Shown here one piece after another: positions 1 to 12,879 of a stretch of DNA of 64,000 nt. The notes below the pieces were generated by a model. That model made no database searches, was not told the origin of the DNA, and was given only the letters and a program-made list of their open reading frames with translations. The position numbers were made by a program, and so were the translations under genes. Source of the DNA: Mobula hypostoma (taxonomy: Eukaryota); the NCBI RefSeq assembly GCF_963921235.1, contig NC_086097.1, forward strand, positions 222,706,001 through 222,770,000. The letters are read 5' to 3'. Numbering within the stretch: the stretch's first letter is position 1; each line of letters opens with the position of its first letter.

Positions 1-261
1 GTAATAAGAGAGTAAGGGTAGAAATGAGAATAAACACAATAAAGAATGCAGTAAGGAATGGTTCACACAGATTGCATTGGATTTAGCAGCGGAAGCTTAC
101 AAGGAAAAGGTGTTCGAAAGAGACTGAGTTTCTTCAGTGTGCATCTTAACCATTCCTAACTGAATTTCCTGACCAGAAAGGTGTTTCTAAATTGATAGGA
201 TCTTGAGAAAGGCCTGAACATTTCCTAATGATCAGTGTTGACTGGAGTCCACATCTAGAAG

Positions 262-627
262 AAGTCAAAGTCAAGTTTATTGCTGAGTTATTTGTCATAT
301 GCACAACTACATGTATGCACAGGTGCAACGAAAGGTGTACCTGCAGGCACATAGCATTATATAAACATTCTTCACAAGAAAAACATAAGTTAAACATAAA
401 TTATACATGATTTTTACAAGAAATGACAAAACTAGATTTTAAAAAGTGCATTTTAGTACAAACAATGCAGTCTTGTGCAGCATCATTAAAGTCAAGTTTA
501 CTGTCAGAGCCACAAGTACACGTATGCACAGCTGCAAAGAAAAATTTTATTGCAATAGCATCCCAGGCACATAGCATTATGTAAGCAGCATTCACAAGAA
601 AAAAAAGCATAGCTTAAGCATAAATTA
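262..627 (-). repeat. Two tandem degenerate LINE/SINE 3'-tail fragments
   Basis: aagtcaagttta...tatgcacag...caggcacatagcatta...ttcacaagaaaaa occurs at ~262-410 and again at ~489-627. Confidence 0.5.
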
Positions 628-1959
628 GGCTAAGTCTCTCATTCTTTAGCTTTCACATTCTAGGATGCATTATAAGGTCTGCTTCTTTGGCTAAATATTT
701 AGTCACTTCACCCGATCTATCTTATATACAGGAGCTGAACATGAGATCGTATGCAATACACCGCATCACAGCGGTGAAGTACCTTCTTTTATAATATTGA
801 AAATGCTATGCATGTACATGTTGTCGCAGCTATAAGTTACACTGGGAATTCCAATGTCGCACTGAAGCAGCTGATAGGATTTTGTGGCTTCAAACCTTTT
901 CTGAGAATCAGCTGGGGTGTTCCAAAGACAAGTGCATATCATAAATGACACTGCAAATCTGAATGTCATTTACGAACAGCCCTAGAAACTGTCTTGGGGG
1001 ATGCTGCTGTATGATTAACTTGTGATTGTTCTAGTGCTGCAAGCTAATAATAGTGATTTCTGTATGCAGCTGGCACCACCCACACTGCTCATGGCTGCAT
1101 GCATCTGCAAGTATCCATTTCATTCGGGACCCACACATAACATTCCTATATTTCACCTCTCTCCCTCATTCATTTAACTCCATTGTAAGCCTCACACCCA
1201 CATCTCACAACTTGCACAATGCCTCAACGCCTGAATGGATTGCACAAAATCACTGGTACACTTCTTTCTAAGGAGCTGCCCAGATCGTGAAGCAATGGGA
1301 TCTAGCATGGTTCCAAATCCCACAGAGGAGATAATGGTGGCCATTTTAGGAAGGTTACCCCTTGTTTTGCTTGCAGCCATTACAATTGGCAGAACTCGGA
1401 TAATTGAAGGTAACAGTGTCAGTGTACCCAATCCTCTTTCTTACATCATGCATTCTCTTCAGATTCACAAACTGAAATAGTCTGAGTGCACACTTCTCAT
1501 ACCACAAACCACCTTCATCCCTTTTCCATCAACAATTTCAAATACATCCAGGTAGTTTAAAAAATGACCAGAGAGGCAATGAAGATAAAAGGCTACTCAA
1601 ATTACCCTTCTCAGCCACCAGCAGAAATACTTGCTTTGCATGCAGGAGCGAAGGACATGTAATGAGAAAGTGGGCAAATATGACTTGCAGGGGGAAGTGA
1701 GTGTAGATGCCAGCTTTTAAGAGTGCAAGTTCTGCAGAAGACTCAAATGAAGGTTGTAAAAGACTGAAGGTTTCACTTCCCAATATATATAATCAGTGTA
1801 GGAAGTATTCCCCAAGTTCAAAATGGTATTCTGCTCAAATCACTACATGAATTAGTACTCTCATCAATTTCCTTCACTGATGCACCTTTCTTAAATTCTC
1901 ACATGGAATAACTCCCTAATTTTCTCTTCAATTGGTCCCTCTTCAAATACCCAAATTTA

Positions 1960-2190
1960 GTTGGGGGGAAGTAGATGGGGGGAGGAGGATGGGGAGAGGG
2001 AGGAAAGGGGGTGGAGAGATGGGGGGAAAACAGTGAGGAATAGTTACCAGAAATCAGAGAAATCAATGTCCATCCCATTAGTTTGGAGACTACTCAAACT
2101 GAATATGGGGTATGTTGCTCCTCCGACCTGAGTTTGGCCTCATTGTGGCAACAGAGCAGGCCGTAGACAGGCATCTTGCTGTGGGAATGG
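1960..2190 (-). mobile_element. Penelope-like 3' fragment (degraded)
   Basis: Similar to 20400-20570, the GIY-YIG C-terminus of the intact copy. Confidence 0.7.
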
Positions 2191-2984
2191 AAGCCAAAGG
2201 GCCTGTTCCTGTGCTGTACTGTTCTATGTTCTACGGTATGTTTTATGTTCTTAACAATGAGTTCTAATGTTGTCAATTCCAAAGATTAAAACGTTGTGCA
2301 GATTTTAAGAGGTGAAGGTTTGGAATGGGAAATCAAAAAAAAATTGACTACTTTATCACTTGCAGAAGCTCTTTAAAGTTAAGTCACTTATTGCAATTAC
2401 AGTTGATAATAACATTAAATCATCCAAAGATGCTGACCTTTTCCAGTGACATTAAGTTCCCTGTCCATTGTGTACTGCTGAATATGAAAACTAATTGAGT
2501 ACTAATACATTTTAAATTACTAAATTGGCAGAAAAAAATGTGACAGATTAACTAACTCCATTCCTTGAAAACAGCCTGAATGGCTTATGTGTTTCTTTTA
2601 ATACATGTAGAAAAATGATTTCTCTACAAAACAATTCCTCCATAGCTGACTTCCACAGCCTTTTTCGCCAATGAAGCAAACATAATGCTGATGAGCACGA
2701 AGTCTGATAAGACTGCCAGGATCAATAACATTATCCAGAACTTACGCCCTGAACCAACACCCTAAAGTAAAAATGTGGCTTGCTAAATTTGTCTCCAACA
2801 TCCGGCAGTTCGGAGCAATCCTGAAGGCTGGTGCCAATTCAAACTTATCGCCACCTGAAAACCACCAAGCCCCATCGCTGCATTCCAGTGGGCCTCACGT
2901 CCCCAGGCTAGAAGTTGCCCTCTCAAATGAGTCTGTTGGTTCAGGAAAGGAAGAGGGTGCTCTGTTCATTTCATTTCTTCCTGC

Positions 2985-4258
2985 ACACTGGCTGCCGGTG
3001 ACTAGTGGTGTTCCACAGGAGTCTGTGTTGGGACCAATTCTTTTTAAGTTATATGTCAATGATTTGGAGGATGGAATTGATGGCTTTGTTGCAAACTTTG
3101 CAGACAATATGAAGACGGGTGGAAGGGCAGGTAGTTTTGAGGAAGTAGAGAGGCTACAGAAGGCCTTAGATTAGGAGAATGGGCAAAGAAATGGCAGATG
3201 AATACAGTGTCGGGAGTGTGTGGTCATGCACTTTGGTAGAAGAAATGAAAGGGTTATTTCCCAAATGGAGAGAAAATACAAAAAAAATCCTGAGGTGCAG
3301 AGGGACTTGGGAGTCCTTGTGCAGGATTCCCTAAGGGTTAATTTGCAGGTTGAGTCTGTGGTGAGGAATGCAAATGCAATGTCAGCATTCATTTCAAGAG
3401 GACTTGAATATAAAAGCAAGGATGTAATGTTGAAACTGCATAAAGCACTGGTGAGGCCTCTCTTGGAGTATTGTGAGCAGGTTTGGGCCCCCTATCTTTG
3501 AAAGGTGGTGCTGAAACTGGAGAAGATTCAAAGGAGGTTCACAAAAATGATTCCAGGATTGAATGGCTTATCATAGTCATAGTCATAATCATACTTCATT
3601 GATCCCGGGGGAAATTGGTTTTCGTTACAGTTGCACCATAAATAATAAATAGTAATAAAACCATAAATAGTTAAATAGTAATATGTAAGTTATGCCAGTA
3701 AATTATGAAATAAGTCCAGGACCAGCCTATTGGCTCAAGGTGTCTGACCCTCCAAGGGAGGAGTTGTAAAGTTTGATGGCCACAGGCAGGAATGACTTCC
3801 TATGACGCTCTGTGTTGCATCTCGGTGGAATGAGCCTCATCATATGAAGACATTTGATGGCTCTGGGCCTCTACTCACTGGAACTCATTAGAATGAGGGG
3901 TGATCTCATTGTAACTGATCCAATGGTGAAAGACTTTGATAGAGTGGCTGTGGAGAGGATGTTTCCTATGGTGAGAGAGGGGTGTCCTTTTAGAATGGAG
4001 ATGAAGAGGAATTTCTTCAGCCAGAAAGTGGTGAATCTGTGGAATTCTTTGCCAGATGCAGCTGTGGGGGCCAGTTCTTTACGTATATTTAAGACAGAGG
4101 TTGATAGGTTCTTGATTCATCAGGGCATGAAGGGATACGGGGAGAAGGCAGGAGATTGGGGCTGAAAGCAAAATTGGATCAGCCATGATGAAATGGTGGA
4201 GTAGACTTGATGGGCCAAATAGCCTAATTCTGCTCCTATTATCTTACGGTCTTATGGT
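2985..4258 (+). mobile_element. CR1 LINE 3' part (RT C-terminus and 3'UTR), interrupted at 3576-3838
   Basis: VTSGVPQESVLGPILF..YVNDL, FADN, LVRPLLEYC..W.P, NFFSQKVVNLWNSLP; tail (tcttatgg)n. Confidence 0.9.
3576..3838 (-). mobile_element. Rex1/Babar-type LINE 3' tail inserted in the CR1
   Basis: (atgact)n tail after aataaag-like signal. Closely related copy at 63680-63911 (+). ATCATA on both sides (3570-3575, 3839-3844). Confidence 0.65.
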
Positions 4259-4279
4259 CAAGAGGTTCAGTTGTTGTTA

Positions 4280-4681
4280 GACCAAACAACAGAATGGGGA
4301 AGAAGTGTGATCTAAGTTATTTTGGCCAGATGGTGAGGTTTGAGTATACAGAGACTGGTGATACCCTGTTCTTTTCATGCACAACTCTGCAGAGTTCGCA
4401 GAGAACGGTGGGAAAATCAAAAAGCATCCAGTGAGCGACAGTTCCGTGGGTGAATATTCCTTATTAATGAGAGAGGTCAGAGGAGAATAGCCAGCTGGTT
4501 CAAGCTGCCAGGAGGACGACAGTAACTCACGCTTTACAGCAGTGGTGAACAGAAGAGCATCTCCGGATGCATAACATGTCGAAGCTTGAAGAGGATGGGC
4601 TACAGCAGCAAGACCACAAATATACACTCAGTGGCTACTTTATTAGGCACAGGAGGCAGCTAATAAAGTGGCCACTGAGTG
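4280..4681 (+). mobile_element. Tc1-derived non-autonomous (Tdr2-like) remnant ending in a TIR-TIR palindrome
   Basis: CACTCAGTGGCTACTTTATTAG...CTAATAAAGTGGCCACTGAGTG at 4625-4681. Upstream sequence resembles degraded Tc1 HTH coding (RRTLKRMGYSS). Confidence 0.6.
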
Positions 4682-4784
4682 AACATCAGTGATAATAAAC
4701 CTGATTCTAACACTGTTTCTAATTCTGACTTCACCATCCCCCACAATTTGGAAAAACGGCATACACAAAACTGACCTTTCTATT

Positions 4785-7700
4785 CAGAATCAGAATCAGA
4801 TTTAATATCACTGGAGTACGTTCTGAAATTTGTTGTTTTGTGGCAGCACTACATTGCTGTACATAATAATAAACACTGTAAATTATAATAAGTATATATA
4901 TAGAAAAGAAAATTAATTAAGTAGTGCAAAGAGCATATGGGTTCATTTTCCATTTGGAAATCTGACAGCAAAGGGGAAGAAGCTGTTCCTGAAATGCTGA
5001 GAGCGTGCCTTCAGGCTCCTGTACCTCTTCTTTGATGGTAGAGGTGATGGGGATCCTTAATGGTGGACGCTGCCCTTCTGAGGTATCGTCTTTTGAAGAT
5101 GTCCAGGGTGCTGGAGAATCTGGTGCCCATGAAGGAACTGGTAGAGTTTACAACTTTTTGCAGCTTTTTCCGATCCGTACAGGGAAACAACCAGTTAGGA
5201 TGCTCTCCATGGTATTTCTGTAGAAATTTGTGAGTGTTTTGGGTGACATACCAATTCTGCTCAAAACTAATAGTGAACTATTGTCTCTGTCATGCCTTTT
5301 TGTAACTGCATCAATATGTTGGGCCCAGGATAGATCCTCAGAGATGTTGAAATTGCACATCCTTTCCACTTCTGGCCCCTTGATGAGGACTGGTGTGTTC
5401 CCTTGACTGACCCTTTCTGAAGTCCACGGTCAATTCGTTGCTGCGACACCACTCAACCAGTTGATCTTGTATCTCGCTCCTGTATGCTTCCTCCTCACCA
5501 TCTGAAATTCTGCCAGCAATAGTCATGTCATTGGCAAATTCATAGATGGCACTTGAACTATGCCTGGCCACACATTTGTGGGTGTAGAAAGAGTAGAGCA
5601 GTGGGTAGGGATGCATCCTTGAGGTGTGCCATTGTTGACTTTCAGTAAGGATGAGGAGACGTTTCCGATCTGCACAGACTGTGGTCTCCCAGTGAGGAAG
5701 TCAAGGATCCAATTGCAGATTTTGTAGCTTGTAGTTTAGAATTGAAGGTGTGATTGTGTGGTCTGTTGAGCTGTAGTCAATAAACATCTGCTTGACATAG
5801 GTACTATTATCCAGGTGATCCAAGGCCAAGTGGAGAACCAGTGAGATTGCATCTGCTGTAGACCTATTGTGGCGATAGCAAATTGCAAAGTGTCCATGCC
5901 TTTGCTTAGGCAGGAGTTGATTCTAGCCATGACCAAGCTCTCAAAGCACTTCATCACAGTAGGCATGTGTGCCACTGGGTATAGTCATTGAGGCAGCTCA
6001 CCCAGCTCTTCTTGGGCACTGGTATGATTGTCGCTCTATTGAAGCAGGCGGGAACCTCCGACCGCAGCAAAGAGAGATTGAAGATGTCCTTGAACACATC
6101 TACCAGTTGATTGGCACAGGTTTTCAGAGCCTCACCAGGTACACCATCAGGACCTGGTGCCTTGTGACGTACACCCTCCTGAAAGATGTTCTGACATTGG
6201 CCTAGACAAAGATCACAGAGCCACCAGATGCTGCAGGGATTCACACAGATGTAGCTTTATTCTCTCTTTCAAAGCGTGCAGAAAAGGTGTTGAGCTCATC
6301 TGGGAGTGAAACATCACAGCCATTCATGACGTTAGGTTTCACCTTGTAGGAAGTAGAGGCCTGCAAACACTACCAGAGCTGACGTGCATCCGATTCCATC
6401 TCTAACCTCAATCAGAATTTTTTTTGCCTTTAAAACAGCCTTCCGTGAGTCATACTGGGACTTCTTGTATAGTTCTGTATCATCGGTCTTGAATGCCACA
6501 GATCTAGCCCTCAGCAGACTACAGGTCTCCTGGATCATCCACAGCTTTTGGTTTAGGTATGTTGTGTATGTTCTCGCAGGCGCACACTCATCCGCACAGG
6601 CCTTCAATGACAACTTTGGGTGTATTCATTCAGACTTAAAGATGAATCCCTGAATATTGTCCAGTCCATCAACTCGAAACAGTCCTGTAAGTGCTCCCGC
6701 ACTTCCCTCCTTGGTGCTCACCACTGATGTGGCACTCTTTAGTCTCTGTCTACATGCTGGGAGTCGAAGTACAGCCAGTTTGGGCATGGGATGGCACGGT
6801 AAGTATTAACAGTGGTCAAGTGTTGTTGGCTCCTTTGGTTTCACGGGTGGTATGTTGATAGTAGCGGTTCAGAATTTCAAGCTGGCCTGGTAGAAATCTC
6901 CGACAATGATAGGATGTCTGCTGATGATGTTACGCTGCTCTTCCAGTGCTTGCTGTGAGAGCAATTTTTGAGTGTAGCACATTTGTTGTTGTAGCTGAGT
7001 GCCATCAAGTGAGTCATTGTCGACGCATGGAGACCCTATGGATAGGGTTTACATATGGAAGTAGACTATCAGTATCTTCTGTGCAGATACTGCTGCTGTG
7101 CAGGTTGGGACTCAGCCAGAATCGAGCCATCTGCCTCAAAGTCCAGTGCTGATGCCACTACACCACCAGCTGCCCCTTTAGCAAATGACTTCTCAGCCAC
7201 TAATCTTCAAATCTGAGTGTAAATTGTAGATTTAATTTAAATGAACAATAGGTTCGTAAACGCTGTGAATCACAGACCAGACAATGCTGATTAAAATTCA
7301 TTCATTGGTATGGGTGCAAATCAGGAGCTGTGAACCTTGTGTGTAGTTTCAATGAAAGCATTGTAAATATGAAATTGTCCTTTGATGTTGTAAAATGTGT
7401 GTCGTGCTGTGCATAGGCAGACCTTCCAACTGAAAGCATCTCCACATAATGCCTGCTGTATCCTGTTTTGTTGGATAAAGAAGTTGTTTTATACCTGATA
7501 GTACTTTTCTCCAGTGACTTCATTCACGCAATAACACCTGAGGTGGAATGTACACTGTTACCAGGATGATAGTGGGAAACTCCCTCAGCAAATAAAATGG
7601 ATGACATTTAACCACTAGATATTCCAGGTCAGATGAGCAGGAATGAAACAGAACCATTACATTTCGTTAATCATAAAGCACACCCCACCTCCTCTGCCTT

Positions 7701-8085
7701 TAGAAGACTCCGCTGTCCTATCTTGGTGGTAGATGGTGAAGCACGTGGACTGCAGTGCTGCGACTGAAATGGTGGGAGTGAGCCATGTTTCCATGAAGCA
7801 AAGTACACAGCAGTGTTCTTGATGTCTCTCTGGTACTGCAATCTTGCTCCGAGGTCTTCGATTTTATTTTCCAGAGACAGTACATTCGCCAGCAGTGAAT
7901 GGGAGTCTAAAGCCTTTGTGTTTCTCTGCACGCCATCCCTGCATCCATTTTCTTAAAGGGAAACTGCACTCACAACCAAGTCTGTTGTCTGAGGTTCATC
8001 AATTTTGAGCATTGATGGATTTTTAAATCTTAGAACAATGCTGCCTACTGAAATACCCATGTCTGTGACTGAGGAATTCAGCTGT
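4785..8085 (-). mobile_element. Rex1/Babar-clade LINE, fragmented (endonuclease to 3' tail)
   Basis: [71 protein letters not shown]; (tctgat)n tail. Interrupted at ~6945-7670. Confidence 0.8.
6983..7174 (-). mobile_element. tRNA-headed SINE with an RTE-type 3' tail
   Basis: Minus strand: A-box-like TGGTGTAGTGG, B-box-like GGCTCGATTCTGG, tail CATAGGGTCTCCATGCGTCG...GATGGCAC..(CAA)n. Confidence 0.65.
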
Positions 8086-8573
8086 AGAGTGCTAGTCCAA
8101 GAAAAAGCAACCAAAATCCATGCTACATTAACAATGTTTCAGATCTTATGATATATCAATGCATGGAATATACACCTAATCAATGACACTATTGAAATGA
8201 TTCGGATTCATCTACTCATCACATGCTGAAGACACATCCTCCAAAGACTGTGGCAATTCTCAGCAGAAACTATATAGGACCTCAACAACGTGACTACATG
8301 CTTCACAAATGGAAATTATCAAATGATGTGACTTGACAATGGCCACAATGCCCAAACAATGAAACATAACACCAGGTCCATTTAGACCTGTGGTTCAGAA
8401 ATAACTCTCAAAGTGCTTCAAAGACCCACTTCCTTAAAGCTGGTAATTATCTTTTCCCTCTAACTTGGATGTTACATTATTAATAATGTAGTATAAAAAT
8501 GGCTTTACAGTAAAAGCACATACAATTTTCTATATACTTTTGTTTTTCCCATGTAACACACTGATATGCCCTA

Positions 8574-8592
8574 CAGTGCCATCTACTGCCCA
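8574..8592 (-). promoter_or_regulatory. CTCF-like motif (reverse orientation)
   Basis: Minus strand TGGGCAGTAGATGGCACTG, close to the CCASYAGRKGGCRC core. Confidence 0.45.
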
Positions 8593-8637
8593 CAGTAGAG
8601 CCACTTCAGAATGTGTTGGGGAGTTCTGTGTGATTCA

Positions 8638-8655
8638 TGCCAGCAGAGGGCGCTA
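8638..8655 (+). promoter_or_regulatory. CTCF motif (forward orientation)
   Basis: TGCCAGCAGAGGGCGCTA, a near-perfect match to the canonical core. Confidence 0.65.
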
Positions 8656-8715
8656 GAAGAGTTAAAAAACAATCTGGAGAGAGTGACTCCTTTTTTAATC
8701 AGGTAGAATTCCTTA

Positions 8716-9480
8716 ATCAGAATCAGGTTTAATATCATCAGCATATGTCACAAATTTTTTGACTTTGCAATAGCAGTACAGTGCAATACATAATAATAGA
8801 GAAAAAAACTGTGAATTACAGTAAGTATAAACAGGTTCAAAACAGGTTATACAGAACCTGTACAAACAGGTTCAAGTGTTCATTTTATTATCAAAGTGTG
8901 TATGCAGAATACAACTCCGAGATTTGTCTTCTCCAGCTAGCCATAAAATACAGAAAAAAAATAGAAGCAGGTGGAAGAAAATACATCAATCCCCTGCAGG
9001 GAAAAAAACAAAAACTCGCAAACCCCAAACCCAAAACCTCTCCCTCACACAAAGACTAACAGATTGCCCACATGCAACATGGACATCAGACCCCAAACCC
9101 TCAGTCAACAAGAAAGAAACAGCAAAAACACGAAAAAAAACATAGAAATGAAAGAGGCCAGTATGAGTCCATAAATCTCAGAATTTCGATAACATCTCCA
9201 AGAGCATCAGGGAGAGCAACACAAACCCAGCAGCAGCCGCTCCAAGGGAAGTGACTCCAACCAGCAGACCCTCCGAGAAGAGCAACTCAAACCCAGCAGC
9301 CCTTCTGAGGAGAGCAACTGCTCACTCTCCTCCACATTTCCTCAATGCTTCAATCTTCCTCAATGCTTTAGTTGGCGACAAATGTAGTCGATCATGAGCC
9401 CTCGCTTGTCTCTGAGCTTCTCCGCATGCTAACTTGTGCTTGCGCTTCTATATATATTATATTAAATACTTGGCGTATAC

Positions 9481-9524
<44 letters not shown>

Positions 9525-10190
9525 ATAATAATATATATTGTATGTACAGTATATTAAATAGTTAAATTAATTAAGTGCAAAAATAGAAATTAAAAAGTAG
9601 TGAGGTACTGTTCATGGGTTCAATGCCCATTCAGAAATTGGATGGTAGAGGGGAAGAAGCTGTTTTTGAATCGTTGAGTGTGTGCCTGCATGCTTCTGTG
9701 CCTCTTCCTGATGGTAGCAATGAGGATAAGGCATGACCTGGGTGATGGGTAACCTTACTGATGGATGCCACTTTTTTGAAGCGTCATTCCTTGAAGATGG
9801 CCTGGATGCTATTGGGGGCTGGTGCTCATGGTGGAACTGACTTATTTTACAACGCCCTGCAGCTTACTTCAATGCCCCCCCACACCAGACAATGACGCAG
9901 CCAGTTAGAATGCTCCCCGCAGTACATCTGTAGAAATTTTGGAGTGTTTTTGGAGCATACCAAATCTTCTCAAACTCCTAATGAGATGTAGCCGCTATTG
10001 TGCCTTCTTTGTAGCTGCAGCAATATGTTGGCTCCTGGTTTGATGTTTATGTTGAGACCCAGGGATTTTAAATAGTTCGCTCTCTCCACTTCGGTTCCCT
10101 CTATGAGGGCTGGCGTGTGCTCCCCTTTCTTACCCTTTCCGAAGTCCACAATCAGTTCTTTGGTCTTACTGAAGTTGAGTGCAAGGTTGA
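8716..10190 (-). mobile_element. Rex1/Babar LINE 3' part with a nested unclassified repeat (~8830-9480)
   Basis: LALNFSKTKELIVDF..HTPALIEGTEVER; (tctgat) tail at ~8716-8727. Confidence 0.7.
9483..9522. repeat. (GT)n microsatellite
   Basis: Uninterrupted GT run. Confidence 0.95.
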
Positions 10191-10789
10191 ATTGAAAATA
10201 TTCCACCTAAATTTACCTCCCCTGACCAATTCTGCAGTTCAGGTTTTAACAGGTGCCTGCAATACAAAAGAGACAAAAATTATTTTTATTAAAACAAGTC
10301 TACAAGCTCGACCCTGTCATTAAATTCTTGCTTGTGCCAAAGCAGAAGAATCAGAGCTTTTGTCCATGCAGTGCCCAGCAACTGCCTATTTATCAAAACC
10401 TTAATAAAAGTTTAGCATAACTTTAGAAAATCTGCGTACTGATCTCTGTGACAGATTGCACCTCTTGCAGTGTCAGTTATTGTCAGGCAACAAACCCAAC
10501 AGGATTCCTGATGTCCAGAATCCATGATATTATCCAACTGACTGAGCAGTCAATTACATTAAAGAGTTTCTGCACACAACAGACAAGATTGAACAAACCC
10601 ATTAGTTCAGGCAGTGGAGGTGGCTCTGATGAGAATAGCTTTTGAAAAATGAAAGTGCAAAGCAGTAGTGCAGCGAAAAGTGGAATATTAAATGCTATCT
10701 CTGTGCAATTAGCATTTGTAAGGAGGGAGATGAATTAATGCCACAAAGAAAAATAAACGTGTGCAATCTAATAGACATTATAGACAGAT

Positions 10790-10913
10790 CTTTGCAAAGT
10801 CATCAAAATTACAAAACACACACAAAATCTTGGAGGAATTCAGCAGGCCAGGCAGCATCTATGGAAAAGGGCAAACAGTCAATGTTCTGGGCCGAGACCA
10901 TTCTTCAGGATCC
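10790..10913 (-). mobile_element. Solo Penelope 3'-tail module with a degenerate hammerhead
   Basis: Minus strand CTGAAGA-ATGGTCTCGGCCC-AGAACATT-GACTG followed by GATGCTGCCTGGCCTGCTGA. Confidence 0.7.
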
Positions 10914-11009
10914 TTTCTGAGATACATCTCTTTTAGAAGAGAAAGGTACAATGGAAAGAAGGTGGAAGGGACATTATTAATAAAGGGTAAGATAAAGTGC
11001 CTTCTCTGC

Positions 11010-12618
11010 AAGCTTTGAAGGGGAGAACACAGCTGCGGCTGTGAAGATCCCTACTGCACCTGATGACCCTGTGATCTCCGTCTCAGAGGCCGATGTTAGA
11101 CTGTCTTTAAAGAGAGTGAACCCTCGCAAGGTAGAAGGTCCCGATGGAGTGCCTGGTAAGGCTCTGAAAACCTGTGCCAACTAACTGACGGGAGTGTTCT
11201 AGGACATTTTCAACCTCTCACTGCCACAGGCAGAGGTTCCCAATTGCTTCAAAAAGGCAACAATTATACCAGTGCTTGAAAGGTTTGTCATGACTAGACT
11301 GAATTCCTGCCTCAGCAAGAACCTGGATCCATTGCAATTTGCCTATTGCCACAATAGGTCAACAGCAGACACAATTTCAATGGCTCTCCACATAGCTTTA
11401 GTCCACCCGGACAACACAAACACCTACATCAGGATGCTGTTTGACTTTAGCTCAGCATTTAATACCATCATTCCCACAATCCTGATTGAGAAATTGCAAA
11501 ACCTGGGCCTCTGTACCTCCCTCTGCAATTGGATCCTCGATTTCCTAACCAGAAAACCACAATCTGTGCAGTTTGGTGATAAAATATCCTCCTCGCTGAC
11601 GATCAATACTCGTGCACCTCAGCGGTGTGTGCTTAGCCCACTGCTCTACTCTGTAAATACACATGACCATGCGGCTAGGCATTGCTCAAATACCATCTAA
11701 ATTTGCTGATGATACATCCATTGTTGGTAGAATCTCAGGTGGTGACAAGAGGGCGTACAGGAGTGAGATTTGCCAACTAGTGGAGTGGTACCGCAGCAAC
11801 AACCTGGCACTCAACGTCAGTAAGATGAAAGAGCTGGTTGTGGACTTCAGGAACGGTAAGACAAAGGAACACGTACCAATCCTCATAGAGGGATCAGAGG
11901 TGGAAAGAGTGAGCAGCTTCAAGTTCCTGGGTCTCAAAATCTCTGAGGATTTAACCTGGTCCCAACATATCGATGTAGTCATAAGGAAGGCAAGACAGTG
12001 GCTATACTTTATTAGGAGTTTGAAGAGATTTGGTATGTCAACAAACACACTCAAAAACTTCTATAGTTGTACTGTGGAGAGCATCCTGACAGGCTGCATC
12101 ACTGTCTGGTATGGAGGGTCTACTGCACAGGACTGAAAGAAGCTGCAGAAGGTTGTAAATCTAGTCAGCTCCATCTTGGGTACTAGCCTACAAAGTACCC
12201 AGGACACCTTTAGGGAGCGGTGTCTCAGAAAGGCAGCGTCCATTATTAAGGACATCCAGCACCCAGGGCATGCCCTTTTCTCACTGTTACTAGGAGATAC
12301 AGAAGCCTGAAGGCACACACTCAGTGATTCAGGAACAGCTTCTTCCCCTCTGCCATCCGATTCCTAAATGGATATTGAACCCTTGGACACTACCTCACTT
12401 TTTTTTAATATGTAGTATTTCTGTTTTTTGCATGATTTTTAATCTATTCAATGTATGTATACGGTCTAAAGTATACTAAATAAGATTTACTTATTTGTTT
12501 TTATTATTATTACTATTTTATTTTTTTCTTCTAGATTATGTATTGCATTGAACTGCTGCTGCTAAGTTAACAAATTTTCCATCACATGCTGGTATAATAA
12601 ATCTGATTCTGATTCTGA
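11010..12618 (+). mobile_element. Rex1/Babar LINE, RT to 3' end
   Basis: [69 protein letters not shown]; aataaa(tctgat)n tail. Confidence 0.9.
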
Positions 12619-12879
12619 TAATAGATGAGAAGGAAATAAAAGAAATAGCAAGGAGCGGAAAATGGCAGTGTGACACATATATATATATATAGACCACCAA
12701 GCCTTATTGGTAACGTAAGGCATTGCATAAATCAGGAGAATAGAGGTTATATTTATACAATAATCATGGGGATTTCAATCAATCTAAGGATTAGGACTAA
12801 CAAACTAGTAGTAATAGTTGAAACCCATTTTTTACTGGGTATTTCTAGAAATTGCTCACTAGCCCCTCACTAACAGCCA

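Noticed and set aside
766..969. Minus-strand ORF with a signal-peptide-like start, faintly like LY96/MD-2 or a ZP-N strand (SVTYSCDNMYM)
   Set aside because: The similarity covers only a few residues, the LY96 intron after YCD is absent, and the same segment fits another frame in the multi-exon model.
7495..7537. CYCVNEVTGE as a thyroglobulin type-1 motif
   Set aside because: The rest of the domain's cysteine pattern was not found.
11663..12136. ALKBH8 N-terminal (DUF1891)-like host gene
   Set aside because: This is the C-terminal region of a Rex1/Babar RT, repeated many times in the window.
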